IMG/VR virus record: IMGVR_UViG_3300043448_000837
Coordinates: 32,001 to 96,000 of that record
Length of the DNA stretch: 64,000 nt
Source: a virus
Strand: one strand, 5' to 3'
Under the pieces are notes generated by a model. That model ran no database searches. It was not told the DNA's origin and saw only the letters and a program-made list of their open reading frames with translations. Positions within the stretch are counted from its first letter, which is position 1. Every line of letters begins with the position of its first letter. Below, piece after piece: positions 1 through 10,156 of the stretch. Both the position numbers and the translations under genes were made by a program.

Positions 1-321
1 GATGAAAACGTGGTACACCCCGTCATCGCCCTGTGATTTCCAGTCCCCTGTTACGCTCAGGTCAGATAACCCTGAAACGTTTGCAGAAATTGATGCCTGC
101 AGTTCAGAGTTGATTTGACCCGGATCCAGGACGTTCAGAACCTGATCTGCTATCCCGTAGTTTGCTCTCATAACCCGATCGTAGTAACGGGTTTCGACTA
201 CGCTCCGAATTTGCTGCGTTATCAAAGCGTAGTCTACACTTGTCGCTAAATTCCCGTTGACGATAGTCAAAGGGTAAGCCAATCCTCGAATACTCGCTGC
301 TAAAGGCTCGGTTACGCTCAT
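1..321 (-). CDS. Baseplate wedge protein, gp25/GPW-like (3' end runs off window)
   Basis: Hand-translated, absent from ORF track: MSVTEPLAASIRGLAYPLTIVNG...ETRYYDRVMRANYG; resembles the gp25 motif; near sheath gene. Confidence 0.65.
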   Translation of the reverse strand, partial: MSVTEPLAASIRGLAYPLTIVNGNLATSVDYALITQQIRSVVETRYYDRVMRANYGIADQVLNVLDPGQINSELQASISANVSGLSDLSVTGDWKSQGDDGVYHVFI

Positions 322-608
322 CGGTATCTACGGGAAATTTCAAATTCCAGGTTGTTCAACCTTCTGCGAATTTCTTCGGACGGAAGGGAACTCTCAATGA
401 CTTTGTTCACCTCTTGCCGCATTCCGGTGTGGCTCAAGGATCGATAGTAGGAAGGATCAACCAGATCCTCTTCTTGTTTTACGCCGGAAAGAAGGGAGAG
501 GCAAAGGGTTTCAACTGAAACCCCTTGCTCTCTGGCCCTTAGTTCAAGCTGTAGTAGAAGAGAGTCAGGAATCAGTAACGTTAATTCCTTGTTCATTATG
601 ACTCTCAT
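318..608 (-). CDS. Small putative ribbon-helix-helix-like DNA-binding protein
   Basis: N-terminal LTLLIPDSLLLQLELRAREQGVSVETL pattern. Confidence 0.45.
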   Translation of the reverse strand: MRVIMNKELTLLIPDSLLLQLELRAREQGVSVETLCLSLLSGVKQEEDLVDPSYYRSLSHTGMRQEVNKVIESSLPSEEIRRRLNNLEFEISRRYR

Positions 609-613
609 TTAGT

Positions 614-3600
614 TTAGAAACCGGTGTTGTTAGTTCCCAGTCCTTGAGCGTTCAGCTCGTTCTGCATTTGACCAACGGCAACGCGGATCAGATCGATCTG
701 AATTCTTTCCAGAGTCGGGACAGGAGTCACAAACACCTTGGCGTTAATGATTCCGTTCTCGAGTGAGGCAGGAGGGTTGATTCGAGCATCACAGATAACT
801 TGGAAAGCGTCGCTTGGGCGAGCGCCGAACAGAGCACCACGAGAGTACAGCTGGTTCAGAACGCTATTACCAACCGAAATGATCTGGTTGAACGCCACAC
901 CGAATCCATCGATAACGTTGAAGATCTGGCTATCGAAGGCATTTCTCAGCGAACCGTAAACAACGTTCAGAATGACGCGAGTGTTTACGAACTGGTACAG
1001 ACGCTGTTGAGCGTCAGCAGTGTTAACGCGAGTTCTTCCGCCCCAGACAAACACCGCGCTGGTTGGGTAACCAGGCAGGGTACGGATTGCGTTGCAACCG
1101 TCAGGGTTGAGAAGGTTTTGCTGAGCCGAGTTGATCGGAATCTGAGCTGCCACTGCGTCGGCAAGTTGATACTTGACACCAGCAGGCGGGAACTGATATC
1201 CTTCAGCGCGGTAACGACGCAGAGCAATTCCGGTCACGTAAGGTGAAGGAGGAATCCACTGACCCGAAGCGTTCTCGATGTAAGGACCGTAGTAAGCAAT
1301 GAAACCGAAAGGTTGGAAGTACCTTTGGCTATCGTTGTACAGACGGTTGACATTGTCAACGCCAGCCTCAATGAACTCAGCCTGGGGAACACCATTGAAC
1401 CCAACGCCACGGATCGCATCGCTGATGATTTCGGTGGAGGTGATTGGGTCAAAGCGCCAGAGAGCACTCGGAGGAGTTGCCTCAGGGGTGAAGTTCAGAC
1501 CAACTTGTGAGCCGTAGCAAGGTTGACCAACAACACTCAAGTCGCCACCAGCAGGGATAACCACCCAGTCGTAAGCGGTTCCGTTGTAAGTCACGGCGAT
1601 CCGATCACCAACTGCAACCTCAGTTACTCCATCAGGGCCAACGGCGCCAGTAGGAGCCACAGTAACGTTGAAGTAAACCCCTACGAGTTTATCTACAACA
1701 GCTTGAATATCGGTACCGGAGTCGGTTGCTGAGAGACCGGTAGAAGTGACATACAAGGTGGCAGTGTCAAGAACACCCGCAGCAGCAGTGGTATCTGCCT
1801 CGTAGTCACCGCCTTCAATCGGGTCGATGGAAGGAACCAGGAATGCCTGTGAAGCAAAGTTCTGGTCAACGGTTGGGGTGCAGTACCAGTTCTCGAGAGT
1901 TGTGGAAGGAGAACCGGGGGCTGAAAGAGTAAGCTCAGGCAGCCAACCTGCGGTAGAATTCTCACCGAAAGGTGAAATCAAACCAACACCCAGAGCGGTC
2001 AAGCTGTTGTTGAAGAAGATCGAGACTTCAGGGTTGGTTGCGGCAGGAGCAGGAGCTGCAGTTGCAACAGCTGCTTCTGAAGCGATCAGGCCGCTATTCA
2101 GACCGTACTTCCGAGCACGAACAAACGGGATAACCGACAGTTCAGCCAAAGTGGCCGAAGTTGCCTCACCACCAAGAACCTTCGTGTAGAAGATTGTGGG
2201 GCTGGAGACAAAGGAGGTTGTTCCGCTCGGAATCGTTACGAAAGAAGAAGCCGTGTAAGAGGTTAAGCTCTCAGCCAGGCAGAAGGTGTCTGCGTCGATC
2301 ACCTGAACGTAGTAAAGCGCCTCAGAAACTTTAGTCGTTGCACGGAAGAGGTTTACTCCGGCGTTGGTCTTCACCGGCTGAGTGAAGTACAGTTTCTGAC
2401 CACTCGTCAAGCCGTGAGCGACACAAGTAACCCGAGCCGTGCCAGTATAAGCTCCTGTAGAACCAGCCACGGAAGTGTCGGGGTTCAGGATTGTACGAGA
2501 TACGAAGTTCAGACGGTAGTTAGCGGTAGCATCCTGAAGGCTAGCAGGAAGGTGCAGTGTGTTGACATACTGAGCGGCCCCAGTAATGTTCTGCAGAAGG
2601 TTTGAAGTCTGACCGTTAATTGTCTGAGGCAGGCTGTAGAAAGGAACAACGTATGTGAAGTCGCAGGTTCCAGTGGCTCCGCCAAAGTTGATCGCATTGG
2701 CAGGGGTCGTCAGGTTGATTGAACCACCAGCAGCAATGACTTCATCCAGAACGGACACAGCGTTAGGTGCGTCGTAGGCGAAGAACACGTTGTTAAACGA
2801 GTAATCACCGGTTGCCCCCAGATCATACGGGGGAGCAATTACAAAGATCGTTCCATCTTCCCCAATCGTGCTCAGAATGTCACCAGTGGCGTTACTGAAG
2901 GTAACTTCCTGAATCTGATAAGACACAGGCCAGTAGTTCTGAGTTGACAGAACGAGCATTGTGTCGTCAACGGTTGAATCAACCTCGAATGTGGCTGAAT
3001 CCAGCAGGCCAACTTTCTCACCAGCGGCCACAGGAGTTGCACTCCGAGACTGAGAGATAGCGGTTTCTGCCGTGGGGGAAGCAATCAGAGCTTGGTAGGT
3101 GAGCTTGTCGTAAGTGACATCGGTGCCAACCCATTCGTACATGGCATTGTCTACCAGGTACTTGTTTCCGGTGACCAGGTCAGCAGCAGGCTCGTGAGGT
3201 GTGTAGGCGCTGTACTTGTTGATGTCGGTCACAAGGAAAGGACCGGGATCAGCAAGAGCCATCCACTTGTAGTTGTTGTTGGCGCAATGATCGGCAGCAG
3301 CAGCTCCGACAGCAGCACGGCCATCAGCATCAAACTGAGCGTACGCAGTTGGAGTGATCAGATAGCCTTGGTCTTGCTGACCGTCGAAAGCGGTCGCGAT
3401 GCACTGAATGTAATCCTGGGGAACTCGCTCCAGGTTCTGCTGTTGGCCAACGATGTTCTGAATGTCATAAACATTCTGCATCATGACGTACTGAGCACCG
3501 ACTGGCAGAACCAGCGGAACAACGCTCACGTTAGCGTCAAACGTAGCGGCAGCAATGCTTACGAAAGCATTCTCAGAGTTTGAGAGAGGATTGATCGAAG

Positions 3601-4246
3601 TTACCAGACCGAAATCACGAACGTAGACGGAGCTACGAACACTCGGGTTGCTCTCAATCGCCTCTGCAATCGCAATTGCGATAGCCGAAGAAATTCTGCG
3701 GTTGTTAACTTCGTCGCCAGGGATGTAGTCTACGGGAATTGTAACCGGAACACCCAGCCACTCTCCGTCGTTGGTGTAACCTGTAGATCCATCGCCTGCT
3801 ACGAGGCGATTTCCGTTGATTACAAGTTGTGCGTAAACAACGTCTCCAGCCTCGAAGTTCGAGGGAAGACCTGCGTTGCTCTGCTTGGTTCCGTTAGGAA
3901 GAATCTCAATCTCTACGATCTGATCAGGAGTGCCAACGCGAACAACACGCAGATCACCAACCTGAGCATTCTGGAAAAACTCGTTAACGCAGTTGTAGCT
4001 CAGCAAGGGAATCCGGGCCTCAGGAACGCTTCCACCAACGAGGGCGAAATAGTCGTTCAGCGAAGTGATCGGAGTAGGTGTGTTATAAGGGAAAACTGTA
4101 ACCGGCACTGTTTCTTCGGTTTCCACCAGCATGTAAACAGTGCTAAAATTAGCAACGTCAGCGTTTGCGACAACACCGGCACGCTCATTGATGTATACAC
4201 CAGGAGCTCCGGGGGTTGTTCCACCGCCAAGAGAAAATGTGGCCAT
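614..4246 (-). CDS. Contractile tail sheath protein with large inserted domains
   Basis: N-terminal PGVYINE; C-terminal VWGGRT, FVNTRVI, GALFG..AFQVICD, PVPTLERI; start taken at MATFSL. Confidence 0.9.
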   Translation of the reverse strand: MATFSLGGGTTPGAPGVYINERAGVVANADVANFSTVYMLVETEETVPVTVFPYNTPTPITSLNDYFALVGGSVPEARIPLLSYNCVNEFFQNAQVGDLRVVRVGTPDQIVEIEILPNGTKQSNAGLPSNFEAGDVVYAQLVINGNRLVAGDGSTGYTNDGEWLGVPVTIPVDYIPGDEVNNRRISSAIAIAIAEAIESNPSVRSSVYVRDFGLVTSINPLSNSENAFVSIAAATFDANVSVVPLVLPVGAQYVMMQNVYDIQNIVGQQQNLERVPQDYIQCIATAFDGQQDQGYLITPTAYAQFDADGRAAVGAAAADHCANNNYKWMALADPGPFLVTDINKYSAYTPHEPAADLVTGNKYLVDNAMYEWVGTDVTYDKLTYQALIASPTAETAISQSRSATPVAAGEKVGLLDSATFEVDSTVDDTMLVLSTQNYWPVSYQIQEVTFSNATGDILSTIGEDGTIFVIAPPYDLGATGDYSFNNVFFAYDAPNAVSVLDEVIAAGGSINLTTPANAINFGGATGTCDFTYVVPFYSLPQTINGQTSNLLQNITGAAQYVNTLHLPASLQDATANYRLNFVSRTILNPDTSVAGSTGAYTGTARVTCVAHGLTSGQKLYFTQPVKTNAGVNLFRATTKVSEALYYVQVIDADTFCLAESLTSYTASSFVTIPSGTTSFVSSPTIFYTKVLGGEATSATLAELSVIPFVRARKYGLNSGLIASEAAVATAAPAPAATNPEVSIFFNNSLTALGVGLISPFGENSTAGWLPELTLSAPGSPSTTLENWYCTPTVDQNFASQAFLVPSIDPIEGGDYEADTTAAAGVLDTATLYVTSTGLSATDSGTDIQAVVDKLVGVYFNVTVAPTGAVGPDGVTEVAVGDRIAVTYNGTAYDWVVIPAGGDLSVVGQPCYGSQVGLNFTPEATPPSALWRFDPITSTEIISDAIRGVGFNGVPQAEFIEAGVDNVNRLYNDSQRYFQPFGFIAYYGPYIENASGQWIPPSPYVTGIALRRYRAEGYQFPPAGVKYQLADAVAAQIPINSAQQNLLNPDGCNAIRTLPGYPTSAVFVWGGRTRVNTADAQQRLYQFVNTRVILNVVYGSLRNAFDSQIFNVIDGFGVAFNQIISVGNSVLNQLYSRGALFGARPSDAFQVICDARINPPASLENGIINAKVFVTPVPTLERIQIDLIRVAVGQMQNELNAQGLGTNNTGF

Positions 4247-4355
4247 GTTTTTAAGAGGGTGTTCCTTCTTTCCCTTCAGTAGTGCAGGCAAGGATGACTC
4301 CTACGTGGTCTCCGTAGAGCTACTGTTGGGACACAAATGTGTACTAACTTTTACC

Positions 4356-4718
4356 CTACTGAACACCTGTAATCGCAGGCAGGCTATCAAACGAATACCC
4401 GTTGAGAGACTCTCGCAAGACAACGCCTTGCAGAGTATATTTGTTCAACGACGAAACATACTCAGACTCTGAGTCAAACGGAAAGATCTCGTCTGCCTGT
4501 GCCCCTTCAACGTTCCCGGACACAAAAGAAGCTTGTTGCAAACTTCCGGAAGAACTCTCAGGGTTGGGTAGAAGGAGTTGAGCACCAATCGGGGGAAGTT
4601 CAGTAACGTCCCACTGAGGATTCAACTCAAGCACCGCACGGTACTCAAGAGAATTGGTGTAGTACTGGTACCCGAGTTTCCTCCAGGTGAACTGGGGCTG
4701 GAAGGGCAGAGTAATCAT
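4356..4718 (-). CDS. Tail X/LysM-like baseplate protein
   Basis: LGYQYY...VLELNP...LPPIGAQLLLP pattern in tail module. Confidence 0.55.
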   Translation of the reverse strand: MITLPFQPQFTWRKLGYQYYTNSLEYRAVLELNPQWDVTELPPIGAQLLLPNPESSSGSLQQASFVSGNVEGAQADEIFPFDSESEYVSSLNKYTLQGVVLRESLNGYSFDSLPAITGVQ

Positions 4719-4720
4719 TT

Positions 4721-5095
4721 TCAGACCATCTTACGAGAGCGAGCCAAAAGACGAGCGCCAATCGATGTTCCACGATTCAGTTCAAAGCCTTCTTCTTCGG
4801 CCACTTTCTTAGCAGCAGCTTCAAGAACGGCGGGGCTGGTTGGAACGAAAATATCTTCTTCTTGAGTGCGACTCTGCAGTTTCGTGCGAACGTCAGTCTC
4901 AATCTGCTCTTTTTCTACAGCAGGCGCGGCTGGAACTGGATCTTCAGTCAACATTTGAACTTCAATCTCTGCGGGTTCCGGTTGTGCCTCTACTTTCACC
5001 TCTTCAGCTTGCACGTAAGCCTCGTTGACTTGCGGGGTCGAAGTGTCGTCGGCGGTGAAAGTTCCGTCTTCGTTGTGAGCTCTTTTTCTAGCCAT
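4721..5095 (-). CDS. Hypothetical acidic protein
   Basis: Start MARKRAHNEDGTFTADD follows the upstream stop at 5098. Confidence 0.6.
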   Translation of the reverse strand: MARKRAHNEDGTFTADDTSTPQVNEAYVQAEEVKVEAQPEPAEIEVQMLTEDPVPAAPAVEKEQIETDVRTKLQSRTQEEDIFVPTSPAVLEAAAKKVAEEEGFELNRGTSIGARLLARSRKMV

Positions 5096-5097
5096 GA

Positions 5098-5511
5098 TTA
5101 ACGTTTTTGTGTGAGAATGTTTTTCCAAGCGATCGGAACAATCTGCTTGAGAGACTTGTCCGGAACGCCCATCCACGGCCTCGCAGCCATCTTTGAAGTT
5201 CCGAACTGGTGATATACGCCATACGGGGCGGCCTTCACCTCGAAGCCTTCTCCTTTCGGTAAAATCTGGGCTTCGTTTTGCATGAACCCTGTTGCCCGTA
5301 GAATCGGTTGACCAGGGTATTTGCGAAGTTTCGCAATCGCGTACTTTGGTGTGAGGGAAGCCCAAGGTCTTCCCGTAGTGGGATCAGATTCCTGGCGCCA
5401 AGGAACGGCATGATCTTTCAAGAGAATGGGCGCCCACTCTTTCTGTGTAGGTTTCCACCAGTCTAGGTTAAACTGAAGGAAACCGCCCTTCTTAACTTGA
5501 AAACTGATCAT
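5098..5511 (-). CDS. Virion morphogenesis / tail completion protein (Mu gpG-like)
   Basis: YGVYHQFGTSKMAARPWMG motif. Confidence 0.8.
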   Translation of the reverse strand: MISFQVKKGGFLQFNLDWWKPTQKEWAPILLKDHAVPWRQESDPTTGRPWASLTPKYAIAKLRKYPGQPILRATGFMQNEAQILPKGEGFEVKAAPYGVYHQFGTSKMAARPWMGVPDKSLKQIVPIAWKNILTQKR

Positions 5512-5936
5512 CTCTTCCTCGCGTTCTTTTTGATCGCTTGCTCTTGCTTTTCCGCAAAATCTTCAACAATGTTGATCATTGCAAGAATTTTGCTCATCGG
5601 TTGTTTCTCTAACCAGTCTACAGTGCTATCCCAACGTTGTTTGCACAAGTGGAAAGAAACCTCAAGCCAGTTTTCGACCGTTAAGACTTTTTCGTTGATA
5701 ATCTCTTCCCCAATCCACTTGAAGACTTTTTCCGTTTGAGGAAGGGTGAAATACGCTAAGTCGTCGTGATTCTGAATGAGCCGGGAGATCAAAGGGACCA
5801 TCCCGGTTTCTTTGTTTCGCAGGAGTTGCGCAAAATAAAAGTCTTTCGGGCAAAGCTCTCGAACGTGAAGGGAAACACCCTTACCGAAACTTAGCAGATA
5901 CGTGAAATCTTCAAGGTCTTCAACGATTAGTTTGGG
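5508..5936 (-). CDS. Frameshift extension (GT-type) of tail assembly chaperone
   Basis: -1 frame is open from the C CCA AAC heptamer (5930-5936) into ORF 5508..5801. Confidence 0.7.
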   Translation of the reverse strand, partial: PKLIVEDLEDFTYLLSFGKGVSLHVRELCPKDFYFAQLLRNKETGMVPLISRLIQNHDDLAYFTLPQTEKVFKWIGEEIINEKVLTVENWLEVSFHLCKQRWDSTVDWLEKQPMSKILAMINIVEDFAEKQEQAIKKNARKR

Positions 5937-6256
5937 TCGGTGTCTTCCTCATCGGATCCGCTTGCCTTGGCAACGAGGTCGCTGAGTTTCTTGAAGTCTC
6001 TCACGCCGAGGTCAAGAATTTCGTCGTAAGTGATCTTGTCGGAGCCTACAATCAGGCGCTCGATGATCTTCATACCTCGCTCAACGTCACCGGCTTTGCC
6101 AAGTTCTTTCTCCATATACAGGAGATCGCGGCCAGTCATTTCGCGGATTTGAATCTCTCGACCGTCTGAAATCTTAGTGGAGAATGTTTCGAGCTGCTTT
6201 TGTTTTTTGTCCGCTGCCGGAGTTGGTTGTCCAGCATCTGTTGAAATGGTTCGCAT
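5927..6256 (-). CDS. Tail assembly chaperone (G-type)
   Basis: IQIREMTGRDL...EILDLGVRDFKKL; slippery site directly before the stop. Confidence 0.75.
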   Translation of the reverse strand: MRTISTDAGQPTPAADKKQKQLETFSTKISDGREIQIREMTGRDLLYMEKELGKAGDVERGMKIIERLIVGSDKITYDEILDLGVRDFKKLSDLVAKASGSDEEDTDPN

Positions 6257-6264
6257 AGTAATTG

Positions 6265-6489
6265 CTAAGTGAATCTGTCAAGTTTTACCCTCGCGTCAAC
6301 AAGCTGCTTTTCAATCGACTCGGAACCTTCGCCAGGCGGCAGAGACAAGTAAATTTCCTGAGCAGTTTTCCAACTCTGTTTTGCGCCTTCAAGATCTTCC
6401 AGCTTTAGTCGATCCTCGATATCGCATATCCACATGAAGACTATCTCTTTTCGAAAGTAAGGGTCAATTGGAAGGGGGAACGGCGTCAT
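6265..6489 (-). CDS. Hypothetical protein
   Basis: Start MTPFPLP overlaps upstream stop (ATGA). Confidence 0.55.
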   Translation of the reverse strand: MTPFPLPIDPYFRKEIVFMWICDIEDRLKLEDLEGAKQSWKTAQEIYLSLPPGEGSESIEKQLVDARVKLDRFT

Positions 6490-6674
6490 AGGGCGCGAGA
6501 GATCGTGAATGCTTGTTGAGGAGAAAAGTACTCGGAGTTGTAAGCGCAATGGACCGAGGAGGGAATTTCTCGTCCTTTTTTATCATAGGGGGTGACCAGA
6601 TAGTAAACTCCGGCAATACCAACCATGGTTTCCAGTGAAGCTGATGCGACACGTGACTTGCGTGACTTTTTCAT
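6486..6674 (-). CDS. Hypothetical protein
   Basis: ATGA-coupled to the polymerase gene. Confidence 0.55.
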   Translation of the reverse strand: MKKSRKSRVASASLETMVGIAGVYYLVTPYDKKGREIPSSVHCAYNSEYFSPQQAFTISRAL

Positions 6675-9466
6675 TTGATGAGACCTTTCTTGATTGCGTT
6701 GAAACGAGTTGTCAGTTTATCGATGGCCCCAATCTCACTCAGCTCTTTCATCGAGTACTCCAAGCCAGATGGCTCTTTGTCGCCGCCAGGGTTGGAAGGA
6801 GTGACAGTCTTTTCCTTAGGCGACTTACGAATCCGGTTGTCGATTGCAACACTGGAAAAGTAAGCTCGTGACAACGGCAGTTCAGGGATGCCAACCGCAG
6901 AATGAAACAGGGACCAGGTGTACATGTGAGCGATTTGAAACAGAACAGCAAACTGCTCTGCATAACGGTCTGGCGTCATAAACCAGATCTCGTCATGAAT
7001 ACTAAGGATAAACCGTGCCGGAATCTTGTATTCTTCGGTGAGCCAGTGGATGGAGGTAAGGAAGATCGACAGAATTTCAGCGCCGGAGGATTGAATTGTC
7101 CAGTTCACTCGCCCGGTTTTGAAGTCGTCGCCCACGGCAGCCGGACGCATCGCAGTCGAGATCTTGGTACCCAGGCAAGGGAGCTGGGGCACACGAGTTC
7201 GCATTGCGATCTCTTCCATAAAGTTAAAGCAGCCGCTGTCTAAGCCGCCTTCATATAGACCATCTCGTTGCGCTCCTTTCTTGCTCTGTAAGAGCTTGAA
7301 CGCAATGTTTTTTACTTCTTCAGGGGATTTCTCCGGGTATTTGCGACGGATGTATGTCTGCACTGCACGAACACCAGCTCCGTACAGGATAGCGAAACCG
7401 ACGATCTTGGCCGTGTCTCGGTCAATGCCGCAGAGTTTTGCAAGTGCGGAGTGCGGGTCCGTGCCTGCCTCTTTCGAGCCACTCAGGACGTTGTAGCCAA
7501 AGGGTGAACAACCGACGTGGCCGCCTTCCCACTTGTCGCTGTAGATCGAGGCGATCTGCATTTCTTGACCGTCAAAGTCTGCACCAACAATCTTCCAACC
7601 ATCTGGAGCTTTGACTCGCGTTTTGAGTTCAGTGCCGATGCGCCAGTTTTTGGTGGAGCACATCGTAACCATCAACGATTCCACGGTTCTGCGAGTAACT
7701 GTGCCGTGGCAAAGAATCTCCGGCAGAGTGACCAAAGAGTCCTCGCCGTAAGGATTGTTGGCACGCAAGAAGATGCGGTCCATCACACGCTTTCGCACGG
7801 AAGTCCAGTAGGACACGGAGTTGGCAATCTCGAGTGCGCGTTTCGCCTCAGGGAGATCGCTGCTGAGGCGACCAACAGCCATATCTTCGACGAAATCTTT
7901 ACTCAACACCCCGCCAACATTGTCGCCATTGCCTTTCGGGTGTGGGATCTTCGTTAGATTACCGTCTTCGTCATGGTAGCACCACCCGTCATTCTTGGTG
8001 AAGATCATCGGGCTTCCTTCGTACTTGAGCTTCAGCATCAGGTGAGCCAGGTTGGATTTCACGCCGATATGCTGATTCTCGTCCTTGATGAAAGGGCGAA
8101 CCCAGTTTGGAATGTGAGCATACTTGCCTTTCGCAGACTTGACCTTCCAGTCGAGTTGTGAAACCCACGGATCTTTGCGCACCCACTGCTGAGCCTTGAT
8201 GGGATCGTTAAGGTAGAGAACGCGCCAGTCTTCGTAAGTTTTCCACACCAGATCTTTACAGATCTGCGTCATTTCGTCGTTGTATTCTTTGTAAACACGC
8301 TCAACATCCTCAATCCACTCGGACCAGTTATCTACGAGCGGAATGATCGAACCGTTCAGATGATAGTGACCGCAGAGAGCAACCATCGAAGGAGTGCTAT
8401 CCAGGTACTTTGGCCACAGCGCCTGAAAGAGTTCAGCAGTGTAGTAAGCATCCTTCAGGGCGTAATCAAGAGCTTCGGTCAGAACTTGACGAATCTGCGA
8501 GAGGTGAGTCGCATCTACGAAGATGTCACGAACTTTTTTATCCACTGCGCCCAGTTCTTTCACGTCCTCACCAAAATACTTTCGGACGGCTGCCACGTGA
8601 AAGTTGTAGCACTGCACAAGGCTGTTCGTAGCGCCTTTGTCAAGCCACTTCGGAGCATAACGCAACTTGCGCTTCTCCTCTGGCGTCAGACTCTCCGGGT
8701 CTTTTCCTGCGAGAACGTACAGCCAGCGTTGACCACTGGCCAATCCTGACACACCGATGTGAGCGGATAGCGTGTCGAAGTAAAAGTTTTCGGGCGCAGT
8801 CTGATCAAGAGTGTAACCCTCGCGAGCACGAACACGGTCGTAGCTGATGTTGTGGCCCGGAATAAAACGGTTGGTACCAATCGGAATCAGTTCGTGTTGA
8901 TCCCACTGGCTTTCGGGGATGGTTGGATCAATCAGTTCAGAAGCTAGCCAAACATAGGCAGCTTTCGCGCTCAGGGCGGTGCCGATGATCGGAAACGCAC
9001 CGCCGTGAACGTAAGTCTCGGTATCGAACGTGAACGCTTCCTCTTCAGGGAAGTCCACCTTCTCGATGTACCAACCACCGGCAGCGTCATTCTCAACCCA
9101 CTCGTACCGAGTCCAGCCGGATTCAAACCGGAACTCTTCAGGTGGCGGCAGAGGGGGAAGTTTGCACCGGGAGAATTGATCACCGAGCTCTTTGTAGCGG
9201 CCAACTTGATCGCTGGCAATCTTTTCGAAATGATCGCGCAAAAAATCACCCTTCAAGTCTGGAAGCGGCAAAGGGCCATCATACAGACCTGCAGGGTGAT
9301 CTACAGGAACAGAAATATCAAATTCTTTCAGCAGGTTTTCTGCTTTCTGAATGGACAGACGAGACATTTTCTGTGGCTTTTCTGTGCCAAAGATTTTGTC
9401 GTGCAGGTCGTCTGACAGAACGGGGTATCCAAGTTGTGTTTTCTTCACGGACGTTAGGTTTTTCAT
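6671..9466 (-). CDS. Family A DNA polymerase, mitochondrial Pol gamma-like
   Basis: ExoI FDTET, GHNISYDRVR, DTLSAH; GTVTRR; motif A VGADFDGQE; motif B RDTAKIVGFAILYGAG; VNWTIQSSG; motif C SIHDEI. Confidence 0.92.
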   Translation of the reverse strand: MKNLTSVKKTQLGYPVLSDDLHDKIFGTEKPQKMSRLSIQKAENLLKEFDISVPVDHPAGLYDGPLPLPDLKGDFLRDHFEKIASDQVGRYKELGDQFSRCKLPPLPPPEEFRFESGWTRYEWVENDAAGGWYIEKVDFPEEEAFTFDTETYVHGGAFPIIGTALSAKAAYVWLASELIDPTIPESQWDQHELIPIGTNRFIPGHNISYDRVRAREGYTLDQTAPENFYFDTLSAHIGVSGLASGQRWLYVLAGKDPESLTPEEKRKLRYAPKWLDKGATNSLVQCYNFHVAAVRKYFGEDVKELGAVDKKVRDIFVDATHLSQIRQVLTEALDYALKDAYYTAELFQALWPKYLDSTPSMVALCGHYHLNGSIIPLVDNWSEWIEDVERVYKEYNDEMTQICKDLVWKTYEDWRVLYLNDPIKAQQWVRKDPWVSQLDWKVKSAKGKYAHIPNWVRPFIKDENQHIGVKSNLAHLMLKLKYEGSPMIFTKNDGWCYHDEDGNLTKIPHPKGNGDNVGGVLSKDFVEDMAVGRLSSDLPEAKRALEIANSVSYWTSVRKRVMDRIFLRANNPYGEDSLVTLPEILCHGTVTRRTVESLMVTMCSTKNWRIGTELKTRVKAPDGWKIVGADFDGQEMQIASIYSDKWEGGHVGCSPFGYNVLSGSKEAGTDPHSALAKLCGIDRDTAKIVGFAILYGAGVRAVQTYIRRKYPEKSPEEVKNIAFKLLQSKKGAQRDGLYEGGLDSGCFNFMEEIAMRTRVPQLPCLGTKISTAMRPAAVGDDFKTGRVNWTIQSSGAEILSIFLTSIHWLTEEYKIPARFILSIHDEIWFMTPDRYAEQFAVLFQIAHMYTWSLFHSAVGIPELPLSRAYFSSVAIDNRIRKSPKEKTVTPSNPGGDKEPSGLEYSMKELSEIGAIDKLTTRFNAIKKGLIK

Positions 9467-9499
9467 GGTTTAGTATAGCGGTTTACTTGCCTCGTAAAC

Positions 9500-9868
9500 T
9501 CAGTACGCGGTCAGGTTGTCGATCGGCGGCGGGGGGATCGATCCGGTTGTTCCGCAAGGAACGATTGCTCTGATGGGCTTCGTAGGTTGGAAACCACCGG
9601 AGTTAGTCCACCAAATGTTAGTTGGCCGCACGGGGAACCATCTGTATCTAGGGGTTCCATTTGCGTCGTAAGAGTAGACGCAGGGTTGACCCGCGAAAGG
9701 GGTTCCGGGGTTGAACTGCAGATTTTCAGTTCGAGTAAAATAGTTCGCACTGTTGTTTGCCCAACCTCTGTATTGAGGAGCCAGGATGTTACCTAGGAGT
9801 TCGGTATCAATGGATCCGGCGTTGTACTCGGTGACGGCTTTTGCCATCTGAACAGCACGGGGATTCAT
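9500..9868 (-). CDS. Hypothetical protein
   Basis: 122-aa ORF preceded by GGGTAAAA motif. Confidence 0.6.
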   Translation of the reverse strand: MNPRAVQMAKAVTEYNAGSIDTELLGNILAPQYRGWANNSANYFTRTENLQFNPGTPFAGQPCVYSYDANGTPRYRWFPVRPTNIWWTNSGGFQPTKPIRAIVPCGTTGSIPPPPIDNLTAY

Positions 9869-9898
9869 ACACTTTCATCACAGTTGAACAATTTTACC

Positions 9899-10156
9899 CT
9901 AGAACACACAGTCCCAGCAGAGCTTACCGGGTTCCTCATCATAAAGCCCAAGATTTCTTGCCTCGTTGATTGAATCGAGAGTTTCCCGATCATTCTTGAG
10001 ACGACGATGCAACCGCAAACGCCAGAGGACGTACTCCCTCGCATTACGTTCGGAGGGATCTTCAAGGTACTTCTGATATTTCGTTTCGACCGTCTGAACG
10101 ATACCGATACCAACTTTTTCAATAAGGTGGTCGACTTTCTGAAGAGCTCTTGCCAT
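9899..10156 (-). CDS. Hypothetical protein
   Basis: Coupled to upstream gene. Confidence 0.6.
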   Translation of the reverse strand: MARALQKVDHLIEKVGIGIVQTVETKYQKYLEDPSERNAREYVLWRLRLHRRLKNDRETLDSINEARNLGLYDEEPGKLCWDCVF

